NCBI GenBank assembly: GCA_016194745.1
Contig: JACQBA010000013.1
Span: 192,822 to 256,821 of the forward strand
Source: Elusimicrobiota bacterium
GTDB taxonomy: Bacteria > Elusimicrobiota > Elusimicrobia > UBA1565 > JACRDR01
Length of the DNA stretch: 64,000 bases
Reading direction: 5' to 3'
In this document: positions 39,001-51,000 of the stretch, piece by piece
How the letters are laid out: the number at the start of each line of letters is the position of its first letter
How positions within the stretch are numbered: the first letter of the stretch is position 1
Position numbers and translations under genes: made by a program
The notes under the pieces: generated by a model
The model's input: only the letters and a program-made list of their open reading frames with translations
What the model was told of the DNA's origin: nothing
Databases searched by the model: none

Positions 39001-42000
39001 CTGTCGACGCGCCAGTGACCGTCCTCCGCGCGCGACGCCTCGAGGATCACGTGCACGGGGGCGCGCGTGCCGTCCACCAGCTTCCCGCTGACCACCCGCA
39101 CACGGTCCGCGCCGGCGCGGATCTTGTGCCAGCCTCGACCGTTGATCCCGAGCGCGGAGTCCTGCCCCTCGCCTCCGGTCGTGCCTCCGATCGGAAGCAA
39201 GGTATGGACGATGTCGAACACGTCCATGCCGACGCCGCGGTCGCGGACGGAGCCGATGATCCGCGTCTTGCCGTCCACCTCCTGCATGCCGATGCCGACT
39301 TCGACCGCCACCTCTTCGGGCTTGCGGCCCGCGACGAGCGAGGCCTTCACCGAGTTCTGCACGAGCTCCCTCAATTTCTCGTCACCCGCGGGCCCGCGCG
39401 CATCCTCGAGCACCTTGTCCATGTCGGCCGAACGACGGTCCTGGACGCGCCCCTTGAGATCCTGGACGCGAAGTTCGTGACCCTTGGTCTTGAGGAGGGA
39501 GTCTCGAGCTCGCAGAGAGACCAGTTCCGACAACGGGAAGCCGCCGATTCCGGCGACGACGTCCTCCTTTCCGGACGTTTCGACGGCCCGAACGACCACC
39601 GGCCGCAGCGTCGTCTCGCCGCGGAGGAACGCCACCATCGGCGAGCGATGCGTCGACAGCTCGTTGACGAGCTCGTGGAAGCGGCCCTTCAACGCCGCGG
39701 CGAGCTCGATGGCGCGGCGCGGATCCGCTTCGAAGAGCCGGAGCCAGCGCTCCATGATCGCCCGCATGTTGATCGACGTCGTCGCTTGCCCGACGCCCTG
39801 CAGGAACTTCCCCGCCTCCCTCTGATACGCCTCGTTATAGGCTCCGATCTTGCTCCAAGCCGGCAGCAGGTGGCTCAAGCCGCTGACGTAATAGGAATGC
39901 ACGAACGGGAGCGACCAGCCCTGCGCCCTCGTCATCTCATCGGTCCACGTGATCCTGAGCAGATTTTCGGCGAGCTGGCGCTTCTCGTGATCCTTGAGTC
40001 CCGGCGCGACCTCCACTCGCACATCGACCGCCTTATGCGACACGTTCTCGAGCGCGGGCCTCGGCTCGCCCGCGAACCACGTGTCGTTCGTAAGCGCGGC
40101 GGCGTCGCCCTTGCGCGCCAAGACGCGCGGGGACGAATGCGCATTCGGCTTATAGACGACCAGCTGGCGGTATCCACCTTCGATGGTTGGAGGGAAGTGA
40201 GGCAGGAGCTCGAAGCCGTGCTCAAGGCCGTAAAGACCGTAACCGTTGCTGTCCCTGGGCTTGGCGACGACGTATCCCATCGGACTGACAGGCTCGATGC
40301 TCCAGGCGCCGACGATCCGAGTTTTGACCACGTCCCGCTCGATCTCGTAGAGGACCGAGGTCTCGTGCCGCTCGCCCGCGCCGTTGACGAACACCCGGCC
40401 GTTGAAGGATTCCAGCTCGAGCTTCGCCTCGGTGAACGGGAGATCGAATCGCCGCACCTGGTCGCCGACGATCTCGAAGAGCTGCGATCGGTGCTCCAGC
40501 GTCTTCGCGTTCACGAATAGGCGTCCTCCGATTTCGACGGGTTGCTTGAACGCATATCCCTCCATCCCCGAGAAAGGGACAGCCCGCTCGCCCTTGATCT
40601 CGAAGAGCTGCGTCGTCTTGTCGTTGTTGTAGCGGATCACGAACTCCCTCTGGCCGACCTGAACCGGAGTCGGAAGCCCCCACTCGGCATCTAGGAGCTT
40701 GATCCGCCGACCGCCTTCGATGGCGTGAAGCTCGCCGCCCTCGCCCTCCGGGCGCATCAAGTACGTGTAGAGCCGGTTGCCGAGGCGGACGGGATAGGAC
40801 CAGTGACGGCCGTCCACGGCCGGCAAGTCTATCTCCTCGGTTTCGCCTCTATGGAACAGGGTGAACCGCTCCGCGGCTTTGCCGTACGGGACGAACAAGA
40901 CCTGGTTGGCGGCGTCGTGCTTGAGAACATGGACTTGGCCCATGCCGGTGACCGGCCGAACGTCGCTCAGCGGTCCGATTTGGAAAACATCCAGCATTGA
41001 TTTCGAGACAGAGGAGACGCCGGCGATAACGTGATCGCCCGCGGACCACACTTCGATCTGCTTGGAGGGCCCTACGATCCTGCGCGTCGCGTTGGGCGTG
41101 ATCTCATGCATCGAATAGTTCGAGTCCTTATCGAGCACCACGATCAACGGCGCCGCGGTCGGCCGAAGATGGAGGGTGTATGATCGAACGTCCTCGAAGC
41201 CCTTCAACGGCGAGAACCCGTAGTAGTCGATCCGATGAATGGACAAGGACGCCGGGTTCGATCCATTCTTGAGCACGACCAGCCCCAACTCGGGGTAGAT
41301 CTTCTCCACGGTTCCTTCTCTGGAGAACGTCGAGCCGCTTCGGACTATCACGTCGATGGGGAAATCCGGGTGAGCGCCGTAAACCGACGAGATGCGAGCC
41401 AGCACCTCGCGGACGGTCGTCTCTCCCGAGGCTCGGAGCGCGTTCTCGACGTAAGGCGTCAGAAGTTCGATGAGGCGCGCCTTAAGCGAGCGATCCACCA
41501 CGAGCACCTCGTTCATGAGACTGACGGCGCGAGCGGCGCCTCCCTCGTCGCTCGCCGCAAGAGCTTCGATGACCTTGGGGGCGGACAGCGCCTCGGCAGT
41601 CCCTCCTTCCGAGGTCGCCTTGTCTCCGTCGTGGGACCCCGTGTCCCCGGCGGACTTCCTTTCTCGGAGAGGGTTCGCCGCCAGGCGCGCTTCCACTCTC
41701 GGTTTGCGCGTGTAGCCGTCATCCTTGACGCCGATCTCCTCTCCCAGAACGAAAGGCTGTCCCTCGTAGGCATGCCTCTGGTGCTCCTCCACGAGCGACC
41801 GGCTCCACATGACGACGTCGCCCACCCGGACGATCGGTTCGGCCATGTCGACCGCCCACGAAGCCTTGCCGGTGCCCTCCAGCCGCTCCCCGCCGACCGT
41901 CTCGGGCTTGAATTTCCAGAGGCGGCCGTCGAGATGGACCGCCCGCAGTCCCTCGGCGAGCCGGATGTCGAGAGGGACCTCGGCCGCGGGCAGCAATACG

Positions 42001-45000
42001 CGTCCCTCGAGGGATTCCGATAGAGCCGCGACGGCTCTCTCCAGGTGGAGGACCAGGTTGTTTTCGTTGCGGGCGGCGAACGCCGCGTCGGCCGGCTGGA
42101 TGCGCGTGGCCTCCTGCATTTGGCGCAGGACTTCCGAGAGCGCGTTGACGACGGGCGCCAGCCGCTCGGGCGAGTCGCGGAACGCCAGGACGGTCCTGTC
42201 GATGGCCTCCTTCAGCGACCGGACTGCGCCCTCGTTGAGGATGATTTGGGTACGGGAGGTGGAGAGGCGGACGCCCGGCGGCAGGTCGACGATGACCTGC
42301 GGCGCGACGTTCGGACCCTTCACCGTGATGATCTCGACCGGCGTTCCGCCCACCGAGATGATGACCTTCCCCTCCTGGTTGAACGGCTGGAGCGCGCCGT
42401 CTTTTCCTCGCTCCGGCGCCGGAATGGGGCGGAACAGCACCGGCTGGTCCGCCTGCTCGGCGGCCTTGCGGGCCAAGAGGCGGCGTTCCTGCTCGGCCGC
42501 GCTCGGCTTTTCAGAAAGACCTGACACCGGCAGGGACTCGGCCGCCGCCCGCGCCTCGAGGCCCGCTCCATCGTCCCGTACGACGATCCGCCGGCCGCCG
42601 GCGGCGATCTCGACGGCGACGCTCCCCTCCGGGATCATGTAGCGCGCCGGCTGGCCGTCCAGCGAGGTGAGGTGCTCGATCTCGTTGATCGTCCGGCCGT
42701 CCACCACGATCCGGCCCCGCCGATTGAGGCCGAGACGCTCCGCGAGATATTCGCGGAGCCCGGTTTCGTTGATCCCGTTCTTTAAGTCCAGCGTCACCGT
42801 GGTCCCGTCGCGGTCCTGCGACACGGCGTCCCGCCGGTCGATCTTCACCCACAGCTCCCCGTCCACCTTGGAAAAGCGGACGGTGAAGACGCTGCGGTTG
42901 TCGCCGCGCGGCCGGCTCTCGAACGTCAGGCTGTCGCCGTTCGACTTGAGCCAGCCGATCGCCTGGTAGACGCCGATGCCGAAGCGGCCGGTGGGATCGC
43001 CCATCGCGTCGAAGCCGTTGTTGATGAGCTCGACGATCGCCTGGTGGTCGGAGACCGTCTGCCGCTCGAGCTCGAAGTCGAGGCGCTCCGACTCGAAAGC
43101 GAATCCTTTTCGCACGAGCCTCGCCGCCTCGCCCACCATGAGGCGCTCGAAGGCGCCGGGCTCCTTGGACTCGAGCGCGGCTCCGTAGCGGGCGCGCAAG
43201 GCCTCGGGATCGTTCCGGCGGAGTTCTTTGATCAGGGGAGCGTACAGGTCGAGCCGCAGGCCGCGCGTCGGATCGGCGAAGACTTCGAGCGCGGCCTCGC
43301 CGTGGATGCGGGATTCCCCGTTGAGGAATCGGGAAGGGCCGGCCGCGAGCCGCGCGACCCATCTCACGAACCGCTGGCGCAAAGTCGGCGCCGGAGGCCG
43401 TATCGGGGCGGGCGCCGTCTGCTCCTTAGGAGGCGCCCGCGGCTGGGAGCCGAGCGTCTCCGCATCCTTTTCAGTCGTGCCCTCCGTCTTCGACGGCTCG
43501 CGCACCGCCGTATCGTTCTTCGCCACGGGTCGGCCGGTGACCTCGGCGCCCTGCTGCGATCCCTGGCGGCGCTCCCCTTCCGGCGCGCTCGAGACCTCGC
43601 CCTCCGACGACTCCCTCATCACCACGTAGCGCGTCGCCGCGCCCTTGGCCAAGCCCTCATAGATCGCCTTGCCGTTCCTTCGGTTGGTCGACAAGTCGAG
43701 CCATTGCCCGTCTCGATACTCTTCGTACCTGATCACTTTGTTGGGACCGTGGAGCCGCGCGGAGGCGATCGGCTTGCCGTCCGCGTCGAGGTGCACGACT
43801 CGGAAGAGCCCTCGTTCGCCGTGAGGCACATTCAAGCCTGCCAGCGCTTTGTCGAGCCGGTTCGGCTTGATCTCTAGTCCATGGTAGGGCGCGAAGGGTT
43901 GGAGTCGGAGCGGCGCGACCGGCTTGGGCGGCGTCCTCGTTTCGGCTGGAGCCTTCTCGTCCGGAACTCTATCCTCGGGCTCGCCGTTGAGCCGACGGAG
44001 CCGATCCTTGAGCGCCGAGATGATCCCGTCCTGCTCGGCGATCGCCCGATCGAGCTCCGCCCGCTCCCGATCGCGGCGCGCCATCGCCTCGCCGAGGTCG
44101 GCCAGGTCTTTCGTCATGGTCTTCTTCTTGGATTTCTCGCGCTCGAGGGACTGCTTCGCGTTGCGCGCGGCACGCAATGCCTCCTCGGCGGCCGCAAGGT
44201 CAGTGGACCGATCTACCCCGGCGAGGGCCTTCTCTATTGAATCCAGAGACGCTCGAGCCTTCGCCTCCGCGATCCTTGCGTCGGTCAACGCTTCCCTGGC
44301 CGCATCGAGCCTGGCTAGAGCGGACTGTATCTCCGCCTCTGGCGACCGTTGCGCCCGCAGCGCCTCGAGTTCGGCTCTCGCGCGGGCCAGCGCCGTCTGC
44401 GCTCGGAGCGTCGCGGCGGTCGCGACCCGGAGCAGCCGCTGCGCCGCCCGAACTTCGGGATGCGCGTTCACATCCAGCGGCGGCCGCAGGTTTGAGGGCT
44501 GCCTCACGGTCTCAGGAGCGCCGGCCTTCGCCTGCGCCAGCTCGCGCGACACCTGCACCCGGAGCTGGTAATATTGAGCCTGGTCCTTCGCGCGAGGGTT
44601 CGTGCTGGCGCCAAGGGCCTCCGACAGGACCGATGTCGCCGCCTTCACTTCCAGCCTCAGTTCGTCGACCCTTTGGCTTTGAGCGGAGATCCGCGCCGCG
44701 ATCTCTTGGGCGCGCTTCGCCTCCGCTTCCGCGTCGGCCCTGGCCAAACGGCGCGAGGCCTGGCGCTTCAGCAGGGCGCGACCGACCTGGAAGGTGATCA
44801 TGATCGGCGCCAAGAACAAGGGATTGATGGAAGCTCCGACGGTCCAAAGGGCCGCCAAGACGCCGTCCGCCGCGTGGGCGGCCGCCGGAAGCTTGAAGAT
44901 CATCACGGCGGCGAGCGCGGAGCTCAGCGCGAGCTTAGCTTTGGAGCTCAACGGAAGATTGCGGTCGGAGTTGCTAGCCTCGGCCGGCCTACTCGCTTCA

Positions 45001-48000
45001 GCCTGGATCGCCTCGAGAGCGTCCATTGCGGCGTTCAGGTTCTCGACCGCGCGTCGGACCGCCTCGAATTCCTTGTCCAGACCGCCTGATCTCGCCAAGT
45101 CGCGGACCGCCGCGGTATCGACGCCGTCCGCCGCGGCGCGGCGCTCGAGCTCGAGCATCCGGCGGTAGGCGTCCTCGATCCGGGACGCCGGCGCCCCAAG
45201 CTCCGCCAGCCGCTCGAGAGCGCTCTCCGCGGCCTTGCGTTCCTTTTCCGCCGACACTCCGCGACGGGCCGTCTTCGCCTCCCAAACGTCCAACGCGCGC
45301 ACGGCGTCCGCGCGCGCGGCGGCCACCGTCTCCCGATCGCGACGCTGTGAGTCCTTGTCTGCCTTGATCGCCGCCGCCTCAATCGCGGACAAGCGATCCA
45401 CCAAGGAGCCTTTGAGTCGCTCTTCGGTCCGAACGCGCGCCGCGATTGTCTCCGGATCGCGGCCGAGACGCGACAGACCGCCTTTGAGCTGAGCGATTGA
45501 GCCGTCGAGCTCGCGCGCGGTCTCCTTCGATCCCGGCATCTCCTCTATCCGAGCCCGGGCGCGAAGAGCATCCTCATAGCCACGCTCGTGCGCGCGCTCG
45601 ATGTCTCGAGCCGCGAGATCGGCATGACGGAGGGCCGCCTCGACTCCGTCGTGGCTGACCGGCACGAGCGCGCCAAGTTCCGTTCCTCGCAGAACTTCCG
45701 CGGCCTCTATCGCCGCCTTCGCATCGCCGCCCGCCTTGGTGATCATCTCGAGAGACGTTTCGACCAGAATGCCCCCGCGCTTGGCGGCCTCCGCGTCCTG
45801 AGAGGAATCCCGAAGCCGCACGGCACCCAGGAGCGCGTCGAACCGCTCTGCATCCGCGGCCGACTGTGCCAGCCGCGCTTCCTCCAGACGTTCGCGAGCG
45901 GCCGCTTCGGCGGCGTGCGCGATGCGGCGAGCGGGCCGCGCCTCGGAACCCAAGCGGATATCCTCGGCCGTGGCGCCGCGAGACGTCCGCGTCTGCTCGA
46001 TGAGCGCGCGCCTTGCGGCATCCGGCATCGGCAGAGAGTCGAAGAACAGGGGCTCGAACGCGCGCAAGCCTCCTTCCGGCGTGCGCTCCACGTGCACTCC
46101 GGCGCGGGGTGCCGTCCCCTCGTCCTCGGGGCGCGCGACTCGCCAGCGGCCGTCTTGAAACGCCAAGACCGTGAACCGGGCCTGGGGCCCGATTCCGCCT
46201 GCGGCGTCGTCCGCGAACTCGGGAGACCGAAGCGTCTCGCGCGCCGACTCTGCGGCGGCCGTCGCCGCCCCGCGGGCGTCCTCGAGACGCGCGCGGAGCT
46301 CGTCGCGGCCGGCCAGATAGTCCGCCGCTTGGATATCGCGCTCGAATGCCTCGCGCAGCTCCTTCGGGATCGAATCCAGGCGCGCCTCGATCTCGGCCCT
46401 CGCCTCGCCCTCAGCGACGGAGAGCGCCTGACGCTCCCGGGCCCAGAACGCCGCGATCGCGCCGCGAGAGGAAAGACGCGCCTCGCCCAGCGGGCCCGCC
46501 GCCTCGTGCTCCACGATGGCGTCCCTCTCGGCGAGCAAGGGCGACTCCAAGCCGAGCTTCCTGGCGGCTTCGACGGCGCTTCGCCAGCCGTCGACGGCCA
46601 GCGGCAGGCCCGCCGCCAAGTCCACGGGATCCCAATGAGCCAGCGCGCTCTGGAAACGGGACCACGCGAGCTCCAGTTCGATGCGCGCGCGGCGAGCGTC
46701 GAGGACTCGGTCTCCGGTCCCGGCGCCTGCTGTCTCCAGCCAATCGGCGGCCGCGTCGTCTATTTGATGACGCGTGCCGCGATCCGCGGCGGCTTGAAAC
46801 GCGATCCACGCCGAGTCCTCGGTCGCGGCGGCGCCTCGTCCCGCCAGTTCCTCGCCCGCGCCCTTTAGAGCGGTCCCTGCGGATGCGCGCTCCGCCTCGC
46901 GAAGCAATGATAGTGCGGACATGAGATCGAGGAAGAGCCGCGTCTGGCGGTCCAGCGCAGCCTCGTCAATTCCCTTCGCCATGAGACCCGCCTTGAGTGC
47001 GGCGACCTCGGCCTCCACCTTGCGCTTCTCACGCTGCGCCTGCTTGACCTGCTCCGCGACCTTTTTGAGCCGTTCCTCGAAGGACTGTATCCGCTCCAGT
47101 CCGGCCGAAGCATCCGGACGATTCCGGAGCAGGAACTGCTGCATCGCGCGGGAGCTCGTCGCTTCGCTCTCCAAGGCTTTCAAACGAAGAGCGGCGGCGT
47201 GGAGAGCCGCGCGGTCCGGCTGGGAGAGCGCGTCGAGCGCGGCGGCGATATCGACCGGGCGGCCGCCCTCGGGATGCAGGATGTCCGCCAAATTCCTCCA
47301 GGCCTCCATGGCCGCGCTAAGCGCAATCCCGTTCCGCTTGGCCTCCGCCCAGATTTTCCGGAACTCGTCGATCGCCTGGCGGACCGTCTGTCCGCTGCGA
47401 TCCGCGCCGAGAGCGCGCAACGACGCGTCGATCTTGCGCGCCGCGTTCTCGAGCGGCGGATGCGCCGCAGGCGCGCCGTCCTTCGGCCGCACGCCCTCCG
47501 GCAGGACCCTCGCCCCGGCCAACGCGGAGCGCGCGTTGCCGGACAAGCCCTTCGGGATGGAGGCCAACTCATAACGACCCGAGTGCGGATTTTGTTCGTA
47601 GGTCAGCCGCACCCTCTTCAAGTTCTTCATCCCCGGCGGCGGCGTTCCACCGGAGAAGGTCATGAAGATGCCCGAAGGCTCGTGCCAGTACGCGGTGACC
47701 GCGACGCGGTTGTCCACGGCGTGACTCTGGCGCACGGTCTCGGCAAGTTCGGCGCTATGGGCGAAGCCGAGTCCCGCGCTAGCCGCGACCTCCGACCCCG
47801 CCGACTTCGCGACAAGGAACGAGAGATGCTGCCATCCTCCGGGCGGAAGGTATTCCTTTCGCGCGTCGGTCGTCATATGGCCGACAGCGTTGAGCCCCTG
47901 CGTGTCAAGCCGAGCGCTCGAGGCCGCGGCCTGCGCCTTGCGCACCGAGGCCGCTTCGGATTCGGAGAGTTTGAACAGCGACAAGACGCCGGACACGACA

Positions 48001-51000
48001 TCCTGGCCGCTGCGGCCGCTGTCGAGGAATGCACTAAATGCGCCGTCCGCGGACTTAAACTCCCCGGAGAGAACGTGCGCAGCTCCGTCCGAGAGCCGCC
48101 GTGCCATCGCGTCGATCATGCCTTCGACGTGCCGCCCCAAGTCCGCGTGCCCGACCGTCGGAGGCAGGAGGCCGAGACGGCGTCCGGTGAGGCTCCGCAG
48201 CGCCACGAGCGCCTGCGCCTGCCCCTTCAAGACCTCGACGACGGGTTGCGGCAGCGCGGCGAAGGCCGCCCCGCGCTGCATATCCACCTCGCGATTCGCG
48301 CGGCCGCGGCGGACGAGGACGACCCCTTCCGCCATGGCGCGGACCACCGCTTCCGCCGGGATCGCCCCGTTCGCGTCAAGCCGGCCCACATACTCCCGGA
48401 AATGGATGGCGATCATCGCATGGGGATCGGTCATCATGCGGCTCTTGTTCCATGCGGCGATCCGGCTGTTCATCTCGGCAACCATGGGATACCGCAGCCT
48501 GCCGCTGGAGCGAGGCACTATCCCGAGCCGCCGGTGCAGGGCCGGCCAGCGGTCACCGGGAGCGCCCGCCCGCGGGGTGGACGTCACTTCGGAGACGGCA
48601 ACGATCTCAAGACCCTCCTTGCCGCGCCGGACGGTGAACTGAAGCGCGATCGCTCCCTCCGTGGACTCGAGCCGGGAACCGGTGAACCGGCTCATGCGCC
48701 AGCTTTCAGCATCCATATGCGTGAAGAGGACCGTCTCGAAGGGTCCGGTTTTCGACGGCGTCTTGCCCTGCGCGATCTCCGCCTCGCGGCGCGCCTTCTG
48801 CTCTTCGACCCACTTCTTCTCGGCCGCGGCCGCGGTCTCCTCGAATCCGGGGAACTTTTGCAGTCGACCGTAGCGCATCTCGTCGAGGCTCTGATAACCC
48901 ACTCCCGACGCGCCCGCACCGCGAATGACGGAAGAGACGTCCGTCAGCACGCCGGAAATACCGCGGTACTGAGCGATCGAATGCGGCTCCTCCCAGTTCC
49001 CGTGGCGAAGGCCCCTATAAAGCATGATGCCCAGGCCGACAGGATGGAAGACCGTCGCGACCAGAATGCGTGACGCCTTGTCGAAGGGAGCGACGACCTT
49101 AGCGGCGGTCTCAAGTCCGCGACCTAGACTCTGCGCTCCCGCTCCGGCGCGTCGGCTGACCCACAACGTCGCCCGTCCCGCGGGCGCCGCGACGCGCATG
49201 ATCCCGCGTCCCACGGGCGCAGCGAGACGGCGAAGCCCGCGGTCCGTCTCCTTCACCGGCGCCGCCGCCGCGGCGGCGCGTTTGTCCTTCGCGCCGCCAG
49301 GCGCGGTGGATGGCGCACTGGACTTCACTCCCGCCGCCTCACTCCGAGCATCGCGCTTCGCCTCGGCTTCCACACCTCGTCGCTGCGCCTCGTAGCGCAA
49401 GCGGCCTTCGGTCGCCGCCATCGAGTTCGCCATGCGATCGATGGCGCGGCCCATGCCGGCGTCCACCGCCGCCATCATCGTCTTTGGAAGGTTGTAGACC
49501 GCCCTCACGCCGTCCGCGAACGTGGTCCAAGCGCCGCGGCGGACCGGCGCCGGCTCGGGAACAGAAGCCGCGTCCGGCTGGAGCTTGCCCACCGGAGCGG
49601 CCTTGATGCCGCGGTCCACGTTATTCGTGAAGTCCTGCATCTGCTTTCCGCTCGCCGCGTCCGTCTTGACGGTAAGATTCCCAGTATCGCCCTTTGACGG
49701 CGGGTGAGGATTTGCCGGTTCATTGAAGAACGGAGTCCCTCCCTTGTCGGGTGCCTTATCGTTGACGCCGTGTCCCGGCAGCGCGCGCTGCGCCGCGGTC
49801 AGCGCAGGCGTCTTGTCCGCTCCGCGAGTGACCTCGGCAGTCTTGACGGTCGTGTCGGAGCCTCGAGCGGGCGTCGGATGGGAGCTCGCCGAGTTCGATC
49901 CGATCCCGACAGGAGCGCGGGCGCTGGCTGTGTGGATGCCGGGCGCCACGGGAGCGTCGCCGCGGAAGTACCCTTTGATCGCGCCCGCGGTGTATCGGCT
50001 GCCGGCGGTCGCCGCCTTCGCGATCGACATGCCCCACATCCTGGCCGCGGTGAAGTCGGACATGGCCTGCCTAAGATCGTTCAGAGCGGTCCACCGCTGA
50101 TCCGCGGTGGTCGCCCGGCGATACGCGTCCACCGCGTTGTGATACCGGAGAAGCGCGTCCACGCCCTGCAGCGCCATGTCGCGCTGGAAGCTCCAGTGCA
50201 GCGTCTTCTGAAGGACCGTCACGCCGCGGCCTGCCGCGTGCAGGATGCCCGCCGTCACCGGGGCGGTAGGAGCGACGGCGGCCGGGACGAACTTCGTCGT
50301 AATGACGGGTCCGACAGGCCTGCTGGTGAGCGTGGGGACCGCCGCCCGCAGCGTCTCCGCTCGCCGGAGAAGATGGAGCGCAAGCCGGCCCATTCCGCCG
50401 ATGGCCCCCATCCAGATGTACAAGCTCGGATCGAGCAGGGTCTCGATCGCTCCGCCGACGAAGCCCGCGGCAGTCGCGACCCATGGGTTGTTCTGCGCGT
50501 AACGGGTGCTCATGATCCGATCGACGACGTGCGTCGCGATATGGCGGCCTGCGTTCCAGATCGTAACGAGCTCGTCCGTGTAGTAATGATAGCCGGGGAC
50601 CTCGTGTCCACCGAGCATCAGCGGCTGGGACGCGTGGACGGCTGTACCGCCGGCCCAAGCGGGGATGAACCATGCCAACACATTCCTCTGGCTGAGCCCC
50701 GCCTCGCGCTCTGCGCCCAACGTGAGGGCATGAAAACCGAGTGCTCCGGGAACATACTCGGCATCCCGGATCGGCATGAGCTGCGGGAATTCGAAGGAGC
50801 CCTCCGCATACACGGCCGGAATGTGCCTGCCGGGACCGCGGCCGTAATACCCGACAATCCGATTTTGGCCGTCGTAGAAGAAGATCGCAGAATGAGCGGC
50901 CGTGATGCGGGCGACCGAAGCTCGCATGAAGTCGTTGTAGGTCTCGATGACCTTGCGATCCCGTTCGGGATCCAGCGCCTTCGGCGGCTCGGCGTACTGG

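Noticed and set aside
36948-40520. The 1190-aa plus-strand ORF and the other long plus ORFs (e.g. 31578..34163, 51465..53609, 25032..26783), considered as candidate genes
   Set aside because: All are in the single antisense-aligned phase of the minus-strand giant gene. Their composition (R/G/A/P/D/E/L/H-rich with no motifs) is typical of shadow ORFs, and the minus-strand translation at the same places gives real domains.
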